Shown: positions 21,196 through 31,719, counted from the first letter of the stretch. The stretch is 64,000 nt of DNA from Agathobacter sp. (GCA_045633955.1 JAZQZJ010000085.1:471-64470), one strand, 5' to 3'. A program made the numbers and translations. The notes: generated by a model from the sequence alone, not told the origin.

Positions 21196-21243
21196 ATGTA
21201 ATTATGTATACAGGTCAAAACATAGGAATAGGAGTGATTTGAT

Positions 21244-22578
21244 ATGTCATACAAGGATGATGTAAAAGTGTATGCAAACAGTAAGAAAGGATTATGTGTA
21301 ACGAATGATACAATCCCAGAAGATTTGTTTGTAAAATTCGGTGTTAACCGTGGTCTTCGTGATTTAAATGGTAAGGGTGTTCTGACAGGGCTTACCACAA
21401 TTTCAAAGATTCTTTCTTTTAAAAACGAGGATGGTGTAAAAGTACCGATTGATGGTGAACTCTGGTATCGTGGATATCAGGTTCAGGATTTAATAAATGA
21501 ATTAGATGAAAATGAGTTTGGATTTGAAAAAACAGCATATTTATTATTGTTTGGTGAAAAGCCTACAGCAGAAGAATTAACACAGTTTTCGACGATTCTT
21601 GGCAAGTGCCGTAGATTACCTACCAACTTTACCAGAGATGTCATTATGAAGGCTCCATCAAAAGATATTATGAACTCTATGACAAGAAGTATTTTGACTT
21701 TGGCTTCATATGATGGACAGACTACAGATGGTTCGGTGGAAAACAGTCTTCGCCAGTGTATTCAGTTGATTGCAAACTTCCCACTTATTGCAGTGTATGC
21801 TTACCATGCGTATAATCACTATGATAATGGAGAAAGTATGTATATTCACAGACCAGATCCAAAACTTTCTACAGCAGAAAACTTTTTAAAGATGCTTCGT
21901 CCAGATCAGAAATATACAGAGTTAGAGGCAAAAGTATTGGATGTTGCATTGATGCTTCACATGGAACATGGTGGTGGTAATAACTCTACATTTACAACTC
22001 GTGTTGTTACTTCTGCTGGTACAGATACTTATTCTGCGATTGCAGCTGCTATGTCATCATTAAAAGGCCCAAAACATGGTGGTGCAAATATCAAAGTTAT
22101 GGAAATGATGGACGACATTCGTACACACGTAAAGGACTGGGAAGACAGGGAAGAGGTAAAATCATATCTTCGTCGTATGTTAGATGGTGAAGTGTTTGAT
22201 AAAAAGGGCCTTATTTATGGTATGGGTCATGCAGTTTACTCGCTATCAGATCCTCGTGAACGTATCTTTAAAGGATATGTAGAAGAGCTTGCAGAGGCTA
22301 AGGGACAGCATAAACAGATGCACCTGTACAACTTAATCGAAGAATTAGCTCCAGAATTGATTGCAGAAAAACGTCATATCTACAAAGGTGTTAGTCCTAA
22401 CGTAGACTTTTACAGTGGTTTCGTGTATGAGATGCTGGATATTCCACAGGAACTTTATACACCGCTTTTTGCTATTGCACGTATTGTTGGATGGAGTGCA
22501 CATCGTATTGAAGAGATGATTGGTATGAACAAGATTATTCGTCCTGCATATAAGAGTGTAATGGAGGAAGCAGAATAA
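21244..22578 (+). CDS. gltA: Citrate synthase (citrate/2-methylcitrate synthase family)
   Basis: [35 protein letters not shown] motifs. Confidence 0.9.
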   Translation: MSYKDDVKVYANSKKGLCVTNDTIPEDLFVKFGVNRGLRDLNGKGVLTGLTTISKILSFKNEDGVKVPIDGELWYRGYQVQDLINELDENEFGFEKTAYLLLFGEKPTAEELTQFSTILGKCRRLPTNFTRDVIMKAPSKDIMNSMTRSILTLASYDGQTTDGSVENSLRQCIQLIANFPLIAVYAYHAYNHYDNGESMYIHRPDPKLSTAENFLKMLRPDQKYTELEAKVLDVALMLHMEHGGGNNSTFTTRVVTSAGTDTYSAIAAAMSSLKGPKHGGANIKVMEMMDDIRTHVKDWEDREEVKSYLRRMLDGEVFDKKGLIYGMGHAVYSLSDPRERIFKGYVEELAEAKGQHKQMHLYNLIEELAPELIAEKRHIYKGVSPNVDFYSGFVYEMLDIPQELYTPLFAIARIVGWSAHRIEEMIGMNKIIRPAYKSVMEEAE

Positions 22579-22609
22579 ATATTTTAACTTTAAACTAAGG
22601 GAGAAAAAA

Positions 22610-24157
22610 ATGGGATTATTTACAAAAAAGGAAAATGTAGTTGAAGAACAAACCAGACCAATTGATTCAGAATTTCGTTTTGCCGATAAGACAGAACAGG
22701 TAATTCGTTCAAACCGATTTATGGCGATCGCCAATACTGCATATTTTTTATATGTGCTTGCACTTTTAGCTGTATCGGTTATGCGTGGAGAGCGTTCTAC
22801 AGGATTTTGTGGAATGATTGCTACTTTGGTAGCTGCCACATTATTAGGAACATGGCTAGCGTTCCTAAAAAACAAAAAGAGTACAAAGATGAGATATATT
22901 ACCTTGATTGGGCAGTGTTTAATCGGATGGATAATTGCATTCGCGTATTCTCAGGATTTTGCGGTATTAATTGGTGGATTTGTATTAATTGGCGGTGTAT
23001 TGTATTTTGATAAAAAATACAGTATTATTTCTGGCCTTGCATATTTTGGCATGATGGCTTTAGCGGTTGGGTACAAACTTTCTCTTGGAGAAAACTTAGG
23101 GGGAAAGAATGTCATTGATTTTGTATTTGTACTCAGTGCAGTAGCACTTATGGTGGTAATAATTATCTGTACCACCTGGGTAGCAAAACAATATAATGAC
23201 CATTCCATTGGAGCAGCAGAAGCTGAACAGGTTCGACAGAAAGAAATCATGGATGATGTTCTTATGGTAGCAGATGAAGTACGTAAAGGTACAGAAACTG
23301 CGATGGATATTATTAATCAGTTAAATGAATCTTCTGAGGTTGTAAATAATGCGATGAGAGATATTTCTGACAGTACATTGGGTACTTCTGAATCTATTCA
23401 GACACAGACAACCATGACACAGAATATTCAGGAGTCTATTAATGTTACGATTGAGAGTTCTGAAAATATGGTTCGTGTTGCGCAGCAGTCGAATGAACTT
23501 AATCAGCAGAATATGGTTCTTATGGAAGATTTAAAGAAGCAGTCTCAGGTAATTGCAGATACCAATGGTCATGTATCGGAAGCTATGAAATCATTACAGG
23601 AACGCACAAATGCAGTTAAGAGTATTGCAGATACGATTTTCTCGATTTCCAGCCAGACAAACTTGTTAGCACTTAATGCTTCAATTGAAAGTGCACGTGC
23701 TGGTGAAGCTGGTAGAGGTTTTGCAGTAGTAGCGGATGAAATTAGACAGTTAGCAGAAAAGACTCGTGTAGAAACAGAAAATATTGCTCGTATTTTAGAT
23801 GAACTTTCAGCAAACGCAAAAGAAGCTTCTGATGCAGTAGAGCGTTCGGTAAAAGCAACTGGAGTCCAGGATCAGATGATTGAACAAGTATCCTTAAGCT
23901 TTGGTGACATGAGCAATAATGTAAATGGTTTGATTAGTGAAATTGAAAATATTGACACATTGCTTACAAATCTTTCAGAAGCAAACAATCAGATTGTAGA
24001 TAATATTTCGAATCTTTCTGCTACTACAGAAGAGGTTACTGCTTCATCTATGCAGGCAACAGAAATGACAGTTGAAAACTTAGATAATGCAGAAAATGCA
24101 AAAGCAGAACTTTCAAATGTATTAAATGTTTCTCATCAGTTGGATAAATACATGTAA
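22610..24157 (+). CDS. Methyl-accepting chemotaxis protein with multi-TM sensor region
   Basis: [35 protein letters not shown] signalling hairpin. Confidence 0.92.
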   Translation: MGLFTKKENVVEEQTRPIDSEFRFADKTEQVIRSNRFMAIANTAYFLYVLALLAVSVMRGERSTGFCGMIATLVAATLLGTWLAFLKNKKSTKMRYITLIGQCLIGWIIAFAYSQDFAVLIGGFVLIGGVLYFDKKYSIISGLAYFGMMALAVGYKLSLGENLGGKNVIDFVFVLSAVALMVVIIICTTWVAKQYNDHSIGAAEAEQVRQKEIMDDVLMVADEVRKGTETAMDIINQLNESSEVVNNAMRDISDSTLGTSESIQTQTTMTQNIQESINVTIESSENMVRVAQQSNELNQQNMVLMEDLKKQSQVIADTNGHVSEAMKSLQERTNAVKSIADTIFSISSQTNLLALNASIESARAGEAGRGFAVVADEIRQLAEKTRVETENIARILDELSANAKEASDAVERSVKATGVQDQMIEQVSLSFGDMSNNVNGLISEIENIDTLLTNLSEANNQIVDNISNLSATTEEVTASSMQATEMTVENLDNAENAKAELSNVLNVSHQLDKYM

Positions 24158-24187
24158 TTATAAAATGAAATAGTATTACATACAGTT

Positions 24188-24224
24188 ATGCCCCATGTTC
24201 TAAAATAGAATATGGGGCATTCTT
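24188..24224 (+). terminator. Terminator-like hairpin after MCP
   Basis: ATGCCCCATGTTCTA-AAA-TAGAATATGGGGCAT. Confidence 0.6.
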
Positions 24225-24296
24225 GATTTATAGAGCGCAAAGGATTAAAATAGGTTATATATTTTGTGTGATGATATAAGATGGAGGAATATAGAG

Positions 24297-25541
24297 ATGG
24301 AAAAGTGGACTGTAATCGAAGGTGGCGTATGTGCGGCAAAAGGATTTCTAGCAAATGGGTTAAATTGTGGATTAAATTCAGATAAAAATAAAAATGATTT
24401 AGGAATGGTTGTATCAGAAGTTGTTTGCGATACTGCTGCAGTATATACTAGTAATAAAGTAAAAGGAGCTCCTATTTTAGTAACGAAAGCGAATTTGGAA
24501 AAGACCGGAAACAAATCGAAGGCTGTTATTGTAAATAGTAAAAATGCCAACACCTGCAATGCAGATGGTGTGGAAAAAGCAGAGATGATGTGTCAATTAG
24601 CAGCAAAAGCATTATCGGCGAAGGGATATGGCGTAGACGCAGAAGATGTGATTGTAGCTTCGACAGGGGTTATCGGTCAGATTTTACCAATTGAACCAAT
24701 TGCAGATCATGTAGAGGCACTTGCAGAAGGTCTTTCTGTAGATGGAAACTTAAAAGCAGCAAATGCGATTATGACGACAGATACCGTAAAGAAAGAATAT
24801 GCGGTTACTTTCGAAGTTGGAGGAAAAAAGTGTACGCTTGGCGGTATGGCAAAGGGAAGTGGCATGATTCATCCAAATATGGCGACAACATTGAATTTTG
24901 TAACTACAGATATAGCGATTGATGCAGAACTCTTACAGAAAGCTTTATCAGAAATTGTAAAGATAACCTATAACTGTCTTTCTGTTGATGGAGATACATC
25001 TACAAATGATATGCTTACAGTCATGGCAAATGGTTTGGCAGGCAATGAAAAAATTGTTTCAGAAGATGCAGACTATGCTCTTTTTAAGGATGCATTGTAT
25101 GAAGTATTAATGAATTTAACAAAGATGCTGGCAAAAGATGGTGAAGGTGCTACAAAGCTTTTAGAATGTGCTTGTGCTGGTGCACCTGATTTGGATACAG
25201 CCATTATCGTGGCAAAAAGTGTTATCTGTTCACCATTATTTAAATGCGCGATGTTTGGTGAAGATGCGAACTGGGGACGTGTGCTTTGTGCCATTGGTTA
25301 TGCAGATGCAGAATTTGATATTGATAAAGTAGATGTGGATTTGGCTTCCGAAAAAGGAACGATTGCTGTTTGCAGAAGTGGAGCTGGTGTAGAGTTCTCA
25401 GAGGATGAAGCAAAAGTTGTGCTCAGTGCAGATGAAATTTTTATCAAGGTTCATTTGAATCAAGGTGAAGTGGAAGCAAAGGCGTGGGGTTGTGACTTAA
25501 CATATGATTATGTGAAAATTAATGGAGATTATCGTTCATAG
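24297..25541 (+). CDS. argJ: Ornithine acetyltransferase / N-acetylglutamate synthase
   Basis: ASTGVIG, IMTTDT, KGSGMIHPNMATT, DGDTSTND, DGEGATK, DANWGR. Confidence 0.95.
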   Translation: MEKWTVIEGGVCAAKGFLANGLNCGLNSDKNKNDLGMVVSEVVCDTAAVYTSNKVKGAPILVTKANLEKTGNKSKAVIVNSKNANTCNADGVEKAEMMCQLAAKALSAKGYGVDAEDVIVASTGVIGQILPIEPIADHVEALAEGLSVDGNLKAANAIMTTDTVKKEYAVTFEVGGKKCTLGGMAKGSGMIHPNMATTLNFVTTDIAIDAELLQKALSEIVKITYNCLSVDGDTSTNDMLTVMANGLAGNEKIVSEDADYALFKDALYEVLMNLTKMLAKDGEGATKLLECACAGAPDLDTAIIVAKSVICSPLFKCAMFGEDANWGRVLCAIGYADAEFDIDKVDVDLASEKGTIAVCRSGAGVEFSEDEAKVVLSADEIFIKVHLNQGEVEAKAWGCDLTYDYVKINGDYRS

Positions 25542-25557
25542 AAAAGGGGAAGAAAAG

Positions 25558-26352
25558 ATGAAAATTGGATTTGTTGGCTGTGGAAACATGGGACAGGCAA
25601 TGCTTTCAGGAATGATTGATTCAGGAAAGGTGAAGCCACAGGATATTATGGTAACAGATAAGTTACTGGCATCCAGAGTGAATACGCAAAAAAAATATGG
25701 TGTGGAAATTGCTTCTAGCAATGTGGAACTGACCATGATTGCAGATATTATTATTTTGGCAGTGAAGCCTCAGTTTTATGAAGAGGTACTTTTAGAAATA
25801 AAAGATGCTCTTTGGACAGATAAGATTTTAGTGTCCATTGCACCAGGGAAAACACTTAGCTGGTTAGAAGAAAAACTCGGCAAGACAGCAAAAATTATTC
25901 GTACTATGCCAAATACACCAGCCCTTGTAAAAGAAGGTATGATGGGTGTTTGTGCAAATGCACAGGTTGCGAAGGATGAATTAGATTTTATTTGTAAATT
26001 GTTTAATAGTTTTTCTAAGACGGAATTTGTTCCAGAGAATTTGATGGATACGGTTACTGCAGTTAGTGGAAGTTCGCCTGCTTATGTGTTTATGTTTATC
26101 GAAGCAATGGCAGATGCTGCAGTAGAAGGGGGAATGCCTCGTAAACAGGCTTATACCTTTGCCGCACAGGCTGTGTTGGGAAGTGCAAAGATGGTGTTAG
26201 AAACGGGTATCCATCCAGGTGAATTAAAGGATATGGTATGTTCTCCAGGAGGTACTACGATTCAGGCTGTACGCGTTTTAGAAGAACATGGGATGCGTGC
26301 TGCTGTCATGGATGCAATGAAAGCTTGTATCGATAAGTCGAGAAACATGTAA
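25558..26352 (+). CDS. proC: Pyrroline-5-carboxylate reductase
   Basis: GFVGCGNMG, RTMPNTP, SGSSPAY, VCSPGGTTI. Confidence 0.95.
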   Translation: MKIGFVGCGNMGQAMLSGMIDSGKVKPQDIMVTDKLLASRVNTQKKYGVEIASSNVELTMIADIIILAVKPQFYEEVLLEIKDALWTDKILVSIAPGKTLSWLEEKLGKTAKIIRTMPNTPALVKEGMMGVCANAQVAKDELDFICKLFNSFSKTEFVPENLMDTVTAVSGSSPAYVFMFIEAMADAAVEGGMPRKQAYTFAAQAVLGSAKMVLETGIHPGELKDMVCSPGGTTIQAVRVLEEHGMRAAVMDAMKACIDKSRNM

Positions 26353-26422
26353 TTTGACTTGCATTTTCCAGTGTTTATGTGTAAAATATATCCATTGAGT
26401 AAATGTATAGGAGTGATATCAA

Positions 26423-26680
26423 ATGAGTCAGGCAAAAGTTGATCAGTATAAAAAAGAAAAAGCAAATCGTAAGGAAACAATTGCAAAGGAAAAACGTAAT
26501 AAAAAGATTACAAAATTCTGTGCAGGTGTTGTGGTAGGTATCTTGGCAGTATGGATTGGTGTTAGTACAGTTGATGCTGTAAGAGAAAATCGTCCAGTAA
26601 ATACAATTTATTGTGAAACAGGTGCATTAGATGAATACATCAATGGCTTATATGCAGATGATGTAGCAGAAGCAAACTAG
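26423..26680 (+). CDS. Small basic single-TM hypothetical protein
   Basis: GGAG RBS, TTGCAT-17-TAAAAT upstream, Lys-rich N-terminus then one TM helix. Confidence 0.7.
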   Translation: MSQAKVDQYKKEKANRKETIAKEKRNKKITKFCAGVVVGILAVWIGVSTVDAVRENRPVNTIYCETGALDEYINGLYADDVAEAN

Positions 26681-26687
26681 TTTTTTC

Positions 26688-26717
26688 GAGCTTACTTAGG
26701 TGCTCCTAAGTAAGCTC
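26688..26717. terminator. Hairpin between convergent small genes
   Basis: GAGCTTACTTAGG-TGCT-CCTAAGTAAGCTC perfect 13-bp stem. Confidence 0.6.
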
Positions 26718-26897
26718 ATTTAATTCTAGCGGATAAAGGGATTCCATTCTTGCTTCAATGGTGGAATTGGTTGTAGTAGTTTCTGGCTGGAAAAGAATGT
26801 ACAGCATTAATAGGACAATAATGCATAGAAGGGTAACCGTAGCATAAAATAAAATGTCCTTTAATTTGATAACTACAATTTTTGTTTTTGCGCTCAT
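26706..26897 (-). CDS. Small single-TM protein, possibly sporulation-regulated
   Basis: GAGGTGG RBS; MSAKTKIVV then a TM helix; SigE-like TCATA-16-CATAGGAT at 26953-26925. Confidence 0.6.
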   Translation of the reverse strand: MSAKTKIVVIKLKDILFYATVTLLCIIVLLMLYILFQPETTTTNSTIEARMESLYPLELNELT

Positions 26898-26974
26898 AGT
26901 TCCACCTCATTTTTTTATTGATATATCCTATGTTATGAGGAATTGATTTATGATAAAAAAATTTTAAAAAAATG

Positions 26975-27003
26975 TTGACATTTGGTTTGGCATGAGGTAT
27001 TAT
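26975..27003 (+). promoter_or_regulatory. sigma-A promoter of the tRNA-Gly cluster
   Basis: TTGACA-17 nt-TATTAT with upstream A/T tracts. Confidence 0.8.
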
Positions 27004-27035
27004 ACAACATGTGCCTAGCAAATAGGTGAAGAAAT

Positions 27036-27108
27036 GCGATAGTGGCGTAGTTGGTAACGCGCGACCTTGCCAAGGTCGAGACCGCGGGTTCGAGCCCCGT
27101 CTATCGCT
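27036..27108 (+). tRNA. tRNA-Gly(GCC) copy 1
   Basis: Cloverleaf with GCGATAG/CTATCGC acceptor stem, CGACC-TTGCCAA-GGTCG anticodon arm, TTCGAGC T-loop; CCA not encoded. Confidence 0.96.
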
Positions 27109-27150
27109 CTCGAGAGTAAGTTATGGATTTGCTCTTATTACAATCAAAAT

Positions 27151-27223
27151 GCGATAGTGGCGTAGTTGGTAACGCGCGACCTTGCCAAGGTCGAGACCGC
27201 GGGTTCGAGCCCCGTCTATCGCT
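27151..27223 (+). tRNA. tRNA-Gly(GCC) copy 2
   Basis: Identical to copy 1. Confidence 0.96.
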
Positions 27224-27266
27224 CTCGAGAGTGGGTTTTGGATTTGCTCTTATTACAATTGAAAAT

Positions 27267-27339
27267 GCGATAGTGGCGTAGTTGGTAACGCGCGACCTTG
27301 CCAAGGTCGAGACCGCGGGTTCGAGCCCCGTCTATCGCT
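27267..27339 (+). tRNA. tRNA-Gly(GCC) copy 3
   Basis: Identical to copy 1. Confidence 0.96.
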
Positions 27340-27343
27340 CTCG

Positions 27344-27384
27344 AAAAAGAAAGCATCATGCGAAAGCATGATGCTTTTCTTTTT
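27344..27384 (+). terminator. Intrinsic terminator of the tRNA cluster
   Basis: AAAGCATCATGC-GAAA-GCATGATGCTTT followed by a T-run. Confidence 0.85.
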
Positions 27385-27561
27385 AGGAGCGGGCCGAGCC
27401 TCGAAGGTTCGAGTCTCCGCTTTGCATCGCTGTGGAGAATGGTAGGCATTCTCTTTTTTTATGATAGCGACTCTTGATTTCTACTAGGTTTTTCGGTAGA
27501 ATTATATGCTAAGATAGCCTTATTTTTAATGGGCAAATTTATTGGTAGATGGGAGACTAAC

Positions 27562-28410
27562 ATGAGTTTAGCAGATCAGATTTTTGTGGATATGTGTAAG
27601 GATATTATTGAGAATGGAACTAGTACTGAAGGAGAAAAGGTGCGCCCAGTCTGGGAGGATGGTACGAGTGCATATACCATTAAAAAGTTTGGTGTGGTAA
27701 ATCGTTATGATTTGTCCAAAGAGTTTCCAGCACTTACACTTCGTAAGACAGCGATTAAGACTTGTGTAGATGAGATGCTTTGGATTTGGCAGAGAAAGTC
27801 AAATAATATTAATGATTTAAAGGGACATATCTGGGATGAATGGGCGGATGAGAATGGTTCAATTGGAAAGGCCTATGGTTACCAGATGGGTGTGAAACAT
27901 CAGTATAAAGAAGGTATGATGGATCAGGTCGATCGTGTAATTTATGATTTAAAGAATAATCCATTTAGTCGTCGTATTATGACAAATATCTATGTACATC
28001 AGGATTTAAGCGAAATGCATTTGTACCCATGTGCATATAGCATGACATTTAATGTGACTCAAAAACCAGGAGAAGAAAAGCTGGTACTAAATGCAATCTT
28101 AAATCAGCGTTCTCAAGATGTACTTGCAGCAAATAACTGGAATGTATGTCAGTATGCAGTACTTGTGCATATGCTTGCGCAGGTTTGTGATATGCAGGTA
28201 GGAGAATTGGTACATGTGATTGCTGATGCACATATTTATGACAGACATGTGGATATTGTAAAAGAATTAATAGAGAGAGAGCAGTATCCTGCTCCAAAGT
28301 TTTGGATAAATCCTGAAATTAAAGATTTTTATGACTTTACACCAGATGATATCAAATTGATTGATTATGTGACGGGACCACAGGTAAAAGATATTCCGAT
28401 TGCGATTTAA
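27562..28410 (+). CDS. thyA: Thymidylate synthase
   Basis: IWDEWAD, GKAYG, SRRI, LYPC (catalytic Cys), QRSQD, DAHIYDRH. Confidence 0.95.
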   Translation: MSLADQIFVDMCKDIIENGTSTEGEKVRPVWEDGTSAYTIKKFGVVNRYDLSKEFPALTLRKTAIKTCVDEMLWIWQRKSNNINDLKGHIWDEWADENGSIGKAYGYQMGVKHQYKEGMMDQVDRVIYDLKNNPFSRRIMTNIYVHQDLSEMHLYPCAYSMTFNVTQKPGEEKLVLNAILNQRSQDVLAANNWNVCQYAVLVHMLAQVCDMQVGELVHVIADAHIYDRHVDIVKELIEREQYPAPKFWINPEIKDFYDFTPDDIKLIDYVTGPQVKDIPIAI

Positions 28411-28423
28411 TGGAGGAACATAT

Positions 28424-28915
28424 ATGAATTTAATTGCAGCAGTTGATAAAAATTGGGCGATTGGAAAAAACAACAAGCTTTTGGTGTCCATTCCTATGGA
28501 TATGAAGTTTTTTAGAGAAACTACTACAGGTAAAATTGTAGTTATGGGAAGAAAGACTTTAGAAAGTTTTCCAAACGGTTTGCCACTTAAGAATCGTACC
28601 AATATTGTTTTAACACATGACAAAAAATATGATGGACATGGAGCTATCGTGGTAAATTCCATGGAAGAACTTCAAGAAGAGTTAAAGAAGTACAATAGCG
28701 AAGATATTTATGTGATTGGCGGTGAACAGATATATAAAGCATTGTTAGATCAGTGTGATGTAGCGCATATTACAAAAATTGATTTTGCTTATGATGCAGA
28801 TGCATATTTCCCAAATCTGGACGAAATGCCAGAATGGAAGATTACAGCAGATAGTGAAGAGCAGACTTATTTTGATTTAGAATTTTATTTCCTTAAATAT
28901 GAACGAGTCAAATAA
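28424..28915 (+). CDS. folA: Dihydrofolate reductase
   Basis: IAAVDKNWAIG, VMGRKT, LKNRTNIVL, VIGG, ADAYFP. Confidence 0.95.
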   Translation: MNLIAAVDKNWAIGKNNKLLVSIPMDMKFFRETTTGKIVVMGRKTLESFPNGLPLKNRTNIVLTHDKKYDGHGAIVVNSMEELQEELKKYNSEDIYVIGGEQIYKALLDQCDVAHITKIDFAYDADAYFPNLDEMPEWKITADSEEQTYFDLEFYFLKYERVK

Positions 28916-28999
28916 TTTTGTAGCATAATGGGGTCCAAAGATGCAAGTTGTGTTATTGGAAGATATGATGACAAAATTATGAAGATTGAGGTATAGATT

Positions 29000-30721
29000 A
29001 TGGATATTACAGGAAGAAAATTGTTTGTAAAAGCGTTATTGGAGGAAGGTGTTGATACCATTTTTGGTTATCCAGGTGGTACAGTAACGGATTTATTTGA
29101 TGAATTATATAAAACAGATGCAATCAACTTGATTTTGCCACGTCATGAGCAGGGGTTGATTCATGAGGCAGAAGGCTATGCAAAATCAACTGGTAAAGTA
29201 GGTGTATGTCTTGTTACTAGTGGTCCTGGTGCAACTAACATCATGACAGGTCTTGCAGATGCACATTATGATAATATTCCGTTGGTTTGTTTTACTGGTC
29301 AGGTACCACTTGGTCTTATCGGTAATGATGCTTTCCAGGAGGTTGACATCGTTGGTATGACACGCAGCATTACAAAATATGGTGTGACCGTTCGTAGACG
29401 TGAGGATTTGGGTAAGATTATTAAAATGGCATTTCAGATAGCTAATTCCGGTAAACCAGGTCCAGTACTAATTGATATTCCAAAGGATATTCAGACAGCA
29501 GTAGGTCCAGCACATTATCCATCTCATGTAGATATTCGTGGATATAAACCATGTAATAGTGTGCACGTAGGACAGTTGAAAAAGGGATATAAGTTAATTA
29601 AAGCAGCAAAGAAACCACTTATCTTAGTTGGAGGTGGAGTAAATCTTGCCAGAGCTAATGCACAATTGCAGGCATTTGCTGAAAAGATGAACATTCCAGT
29701 TGTATCTACCATTATGGGCAAAGGTGCAATTCCAACAGATCATCCACTTTATGTTGGAAATAGTGGTATGCATGGATGTTATGCTGCAAATAAGGCAGTA
29801 AGTGAATGTGATTTGTTATTCTCTATTGGTACACGTTTTAACGATCGTATCACAGGAGATTTAAATGAATTTGCGCCAAAGGCACAGATTGTACATATTG
29901 ATATTGATACTGCATCTATTTCACGTAATGTAGTTGTAGATGTACCAATCGTTGCTGATGCAAAACTTGCACCTGAAAAAATAGGAGAGTGGGCAGAGCC
30001 AAAGAAACACAAAGCATGGTTAGAAGAAATCAAGTCATGGGAAGAAGAAAATCCGTTGGAAATGCGTCGTGATAAAGGACTTTCTCCACAGATGATAATG
30101 GAGCATATCAATAAGCATTATCCACAGGGAATTTATGTAACAGACGTAGGTCAGCATCAGATGTGGGCTACCCAGTACTTAGAACTTCGTGAAGAAAATC
30201 AGCTTATTACTTCTGGTGGTTTAGGAACGATGGGCTTTGGTTTCCCAGCAGCAATTGGTGCAAAGATTGCGAACCGTGACAAGGACGTTGTTTGTATTTC
30301 AGGTGATGGCGGTATGCAGATGAATATTCAGGAAATGGCAACGGCAGTTACACAGGGAGCGAATGTAACGGTTTGTATATTAAACAATTATTGGCTTGGA
30401 ATGGTTCGTCAGATGCAGCAACTTTTCTATGGAAAACGCTATATAGCAACCTGCTTAAGACGCAGACCAAGCTGTCCAAATGACTGTAAAGGACCAAATC
30501 CAGCATGTCCTCCATATACACCTGATTTTGTAAAATTAGCAGAAAGTTATGGTGCACATGGTATTCGTGTAGAAAACGTAGAAGATATTGACGCAGCTTT
30601 CGAAGAAGCAAAGAAACATACAGATGCTCCAACAATCATTGAATTTATGATTTCCACCGATGAACTTGTACTTCCAATGGTTAAGGGTGGTAACCCAATG
30701 AGTGAAATGATTTTAAAATAG
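29000..30721 (+). CDS. ilvB: Acetolactate synthase large subunit
   Basis: FGYPGG, RHEQ, TSGPGATN, DVGQHQMW, SGGLGTMG, GDGG...NN ThDP motif. Confidence 0.93.
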   Translation: MDITGRKLFVKALLEEGVDTIFGYPGGTVTDLFDELYKTDAINLILPRHEQGLIHEAEGYAKSTGKVGVCLVTSGPGATNIMTGLADAHYDNIPLVCFTGQVPLGLIGNDAFQEVDIVGMTRSITKYGVTVRRREDLGKIIKMAFQIANSGKPGPVLIDIPKDIQTAVGPAHYPSHVDIRGYKPCNSVHVGQLKKGYKLIKAAKKPLILVGGGVNLARANAQLQAFAEKMNIPVVSTIMGKGAIPTDHPLYVGNSGMHGCYAANKAVSECDLLFSIGTRFNDRITGDLNEFAPKAQIVHIDIDTASISRNVVVDVPIVADAKLAPEKIGEWAEPKKHKAWLEEIKSWEEENPLEMRRDKGLSPQMIMEHINKHYPQGIYVTDVGQHQMWATQYLELREENQLITSGGLGTMGFGFPAAIGAKIANRDKDVVCISGDGGMQMNIQEMATAVTQGANVTVCILNNYWLGMVRQMQQLFYGKRYIATCLRRRPSCPNDCKGPNPACPPYTPDFVKLAESYGAHGIRVENVEDIDAAFEEAKKHTDAPTIIEFMISTDELVLPMVKGGNPMSEMILK

Positions 30722-30733
30722 GAGGGAAAAGCC

Positions 30734-31240
30734 ATGAGTATGAAAAATAGATGGATTGCATTATATGTAGAAAATGAAGTCGGCGTATTGGCTAAGGTTT
30801 CAGGGCTTTTCGCAGGAAAATCCTACAACTTACATTCGTTAACAGTAGGTACTACGGAAGATCCAACGATTTCTCGTATGACTATAGGTGTAACCAGTGA
30901 TGATGTTACATTTGAACAGATTAAAAAACAGTTAAATCGTATGATAGAGGTCATTAAAGTGATGGATTTAACGGATACTGCTACTCATATGAAAGAAATT
31001 CTTTACGTAAAAATTATGAACATTACTCCAGAAGAACGTACAGAAGCGTTCCAGATTGCACAGGTATTCCAAGTAGATGTCGTAGACATTGGTGCAGATA
31101 GTGTGCTTTTAGAGTGTATGTTAAAAGAACGTAAAAATAACGAATTAATTGCGCTTTTAAAATCACGTTTCAAACGAATTAATGTAGTACGTGGTGGTGC
31201 TGTAGCAATTGAGGCGATTAGTACAAAGTGTAGAGAGTAA
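30734..31240 (+). CDS. ilvN: Acetolactate synthase small (ACT) subunit
   Basis: VENEVGVL, SLTVG, QIKKQLNR; follows ilvB. Confidence 0.88.
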   Translation: MSMKNRWIALYVENEVGVLAKVSGLFAGKSYNLHSLTVGTTEDPTISRMTIGVTSDDVTFEQIKKQLNRMIEVIKVMDLTDTATHMKEILYVKIMNITPEERTEAFQIAQVFQVDVVDIGADSVLLECMLKERKNNELIALLKSRFKRINVVRGGAVAIEAISTKCRE

Positions 31241-31247
31241 TTTTTGG

Positions 31248-31279
31248 GAGAGAACCTATTATCAGGTTCTCTCTTTTTT
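31248..31279 (+). terminator. Intrinsic terminator after ilvN
   Basis: GAGAGAACCT...AGGTTCTCTCTTTTTT. Confidence 0.8.
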
Positions 31280-31280
31280 C

Positions 31281-31320
31281 TTGTATTTATGTATTATTTG
31301 TATTATAATTAATGATACAA
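31281..31320 (+). promoter_or_regulatory. Promoter with overlapping YtrA/GntR-type operator
   Basis: TTGTAT-17-TATAAT (31281-31309) overlapped by palindrome TTGTAT-N11-ATACAA (31298-31320). Confidence 0.6.
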
Positions 31321-31332
31321 AGAGGTGATGAT

Positions 31333-31692
31333 ATGATTATAGCGATTAACGAATATTCCGATGTTCCAATTTATATGCAGATTCGAAATCAGATTGTATT
31401 AGGTATTTCGGATGGTAGATTGATGCCAGGAGAACAGCTTCCAACGGTACGTGGTTTGGCAGAAGAGATGGGTGTGAATTCTATGACGGTGAACAAGGCA
31501 TACCAGATGCTAAAGCAGGAGGGGTATATCTATACTGATAGAAGAAATGGTGCAAAGGTTAGAGAACAGTTAGAGTTTTCTTCAGAGCTTCCAAGGGAGT
31601 CAAGAGAAATGTTACAGCGTGTGATTTCGGAAGCAAAGGTAAGAGGAATCTCTTTGGAAGAATTCCAGAAAATCTGCGAGGAATATTTTTAA
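31333..31692 (+). CDS. GntR (YtrA subfamily) transcriptional regulator
   Basis: PIYMQI, PGEQLPTVRGLA, VNSMTVNKAY; short C-terminal domain. Confidence 0.9.
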   Translation: MIIAINEYSDVPIYMQIRNQIVLGISDGRLMPGEQLPTVRGLAEEMGVNSMTVNKAYQMLKQEGYIYTDRRNGAKVREQLEFSSELPRESREMLQRVISEAKVRGISLEEFQKICEEYF

Positions 31693-31719
31693 ATGATGTA
31701 GATGAAAGGAGTTGGTCAT

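Noticed and set aside
27036-27339. Direct repeats with spacers that might look like a CRISPR array
   Set aside because: The repeats are complete tRNA-Gly genes, the spacers are homologous to each other, and there are no cas genes
27101-27449. Minus-strand ORFs of 67 and 77 aa
   Set aside because: Antisense shadows of the tRNA genes and terminator
28916-28999. T-box or leader-peptide attenuator before ilvB
   Set aside because: Only ~84 bp, with no T-box motif, terminator or leader peptide visible
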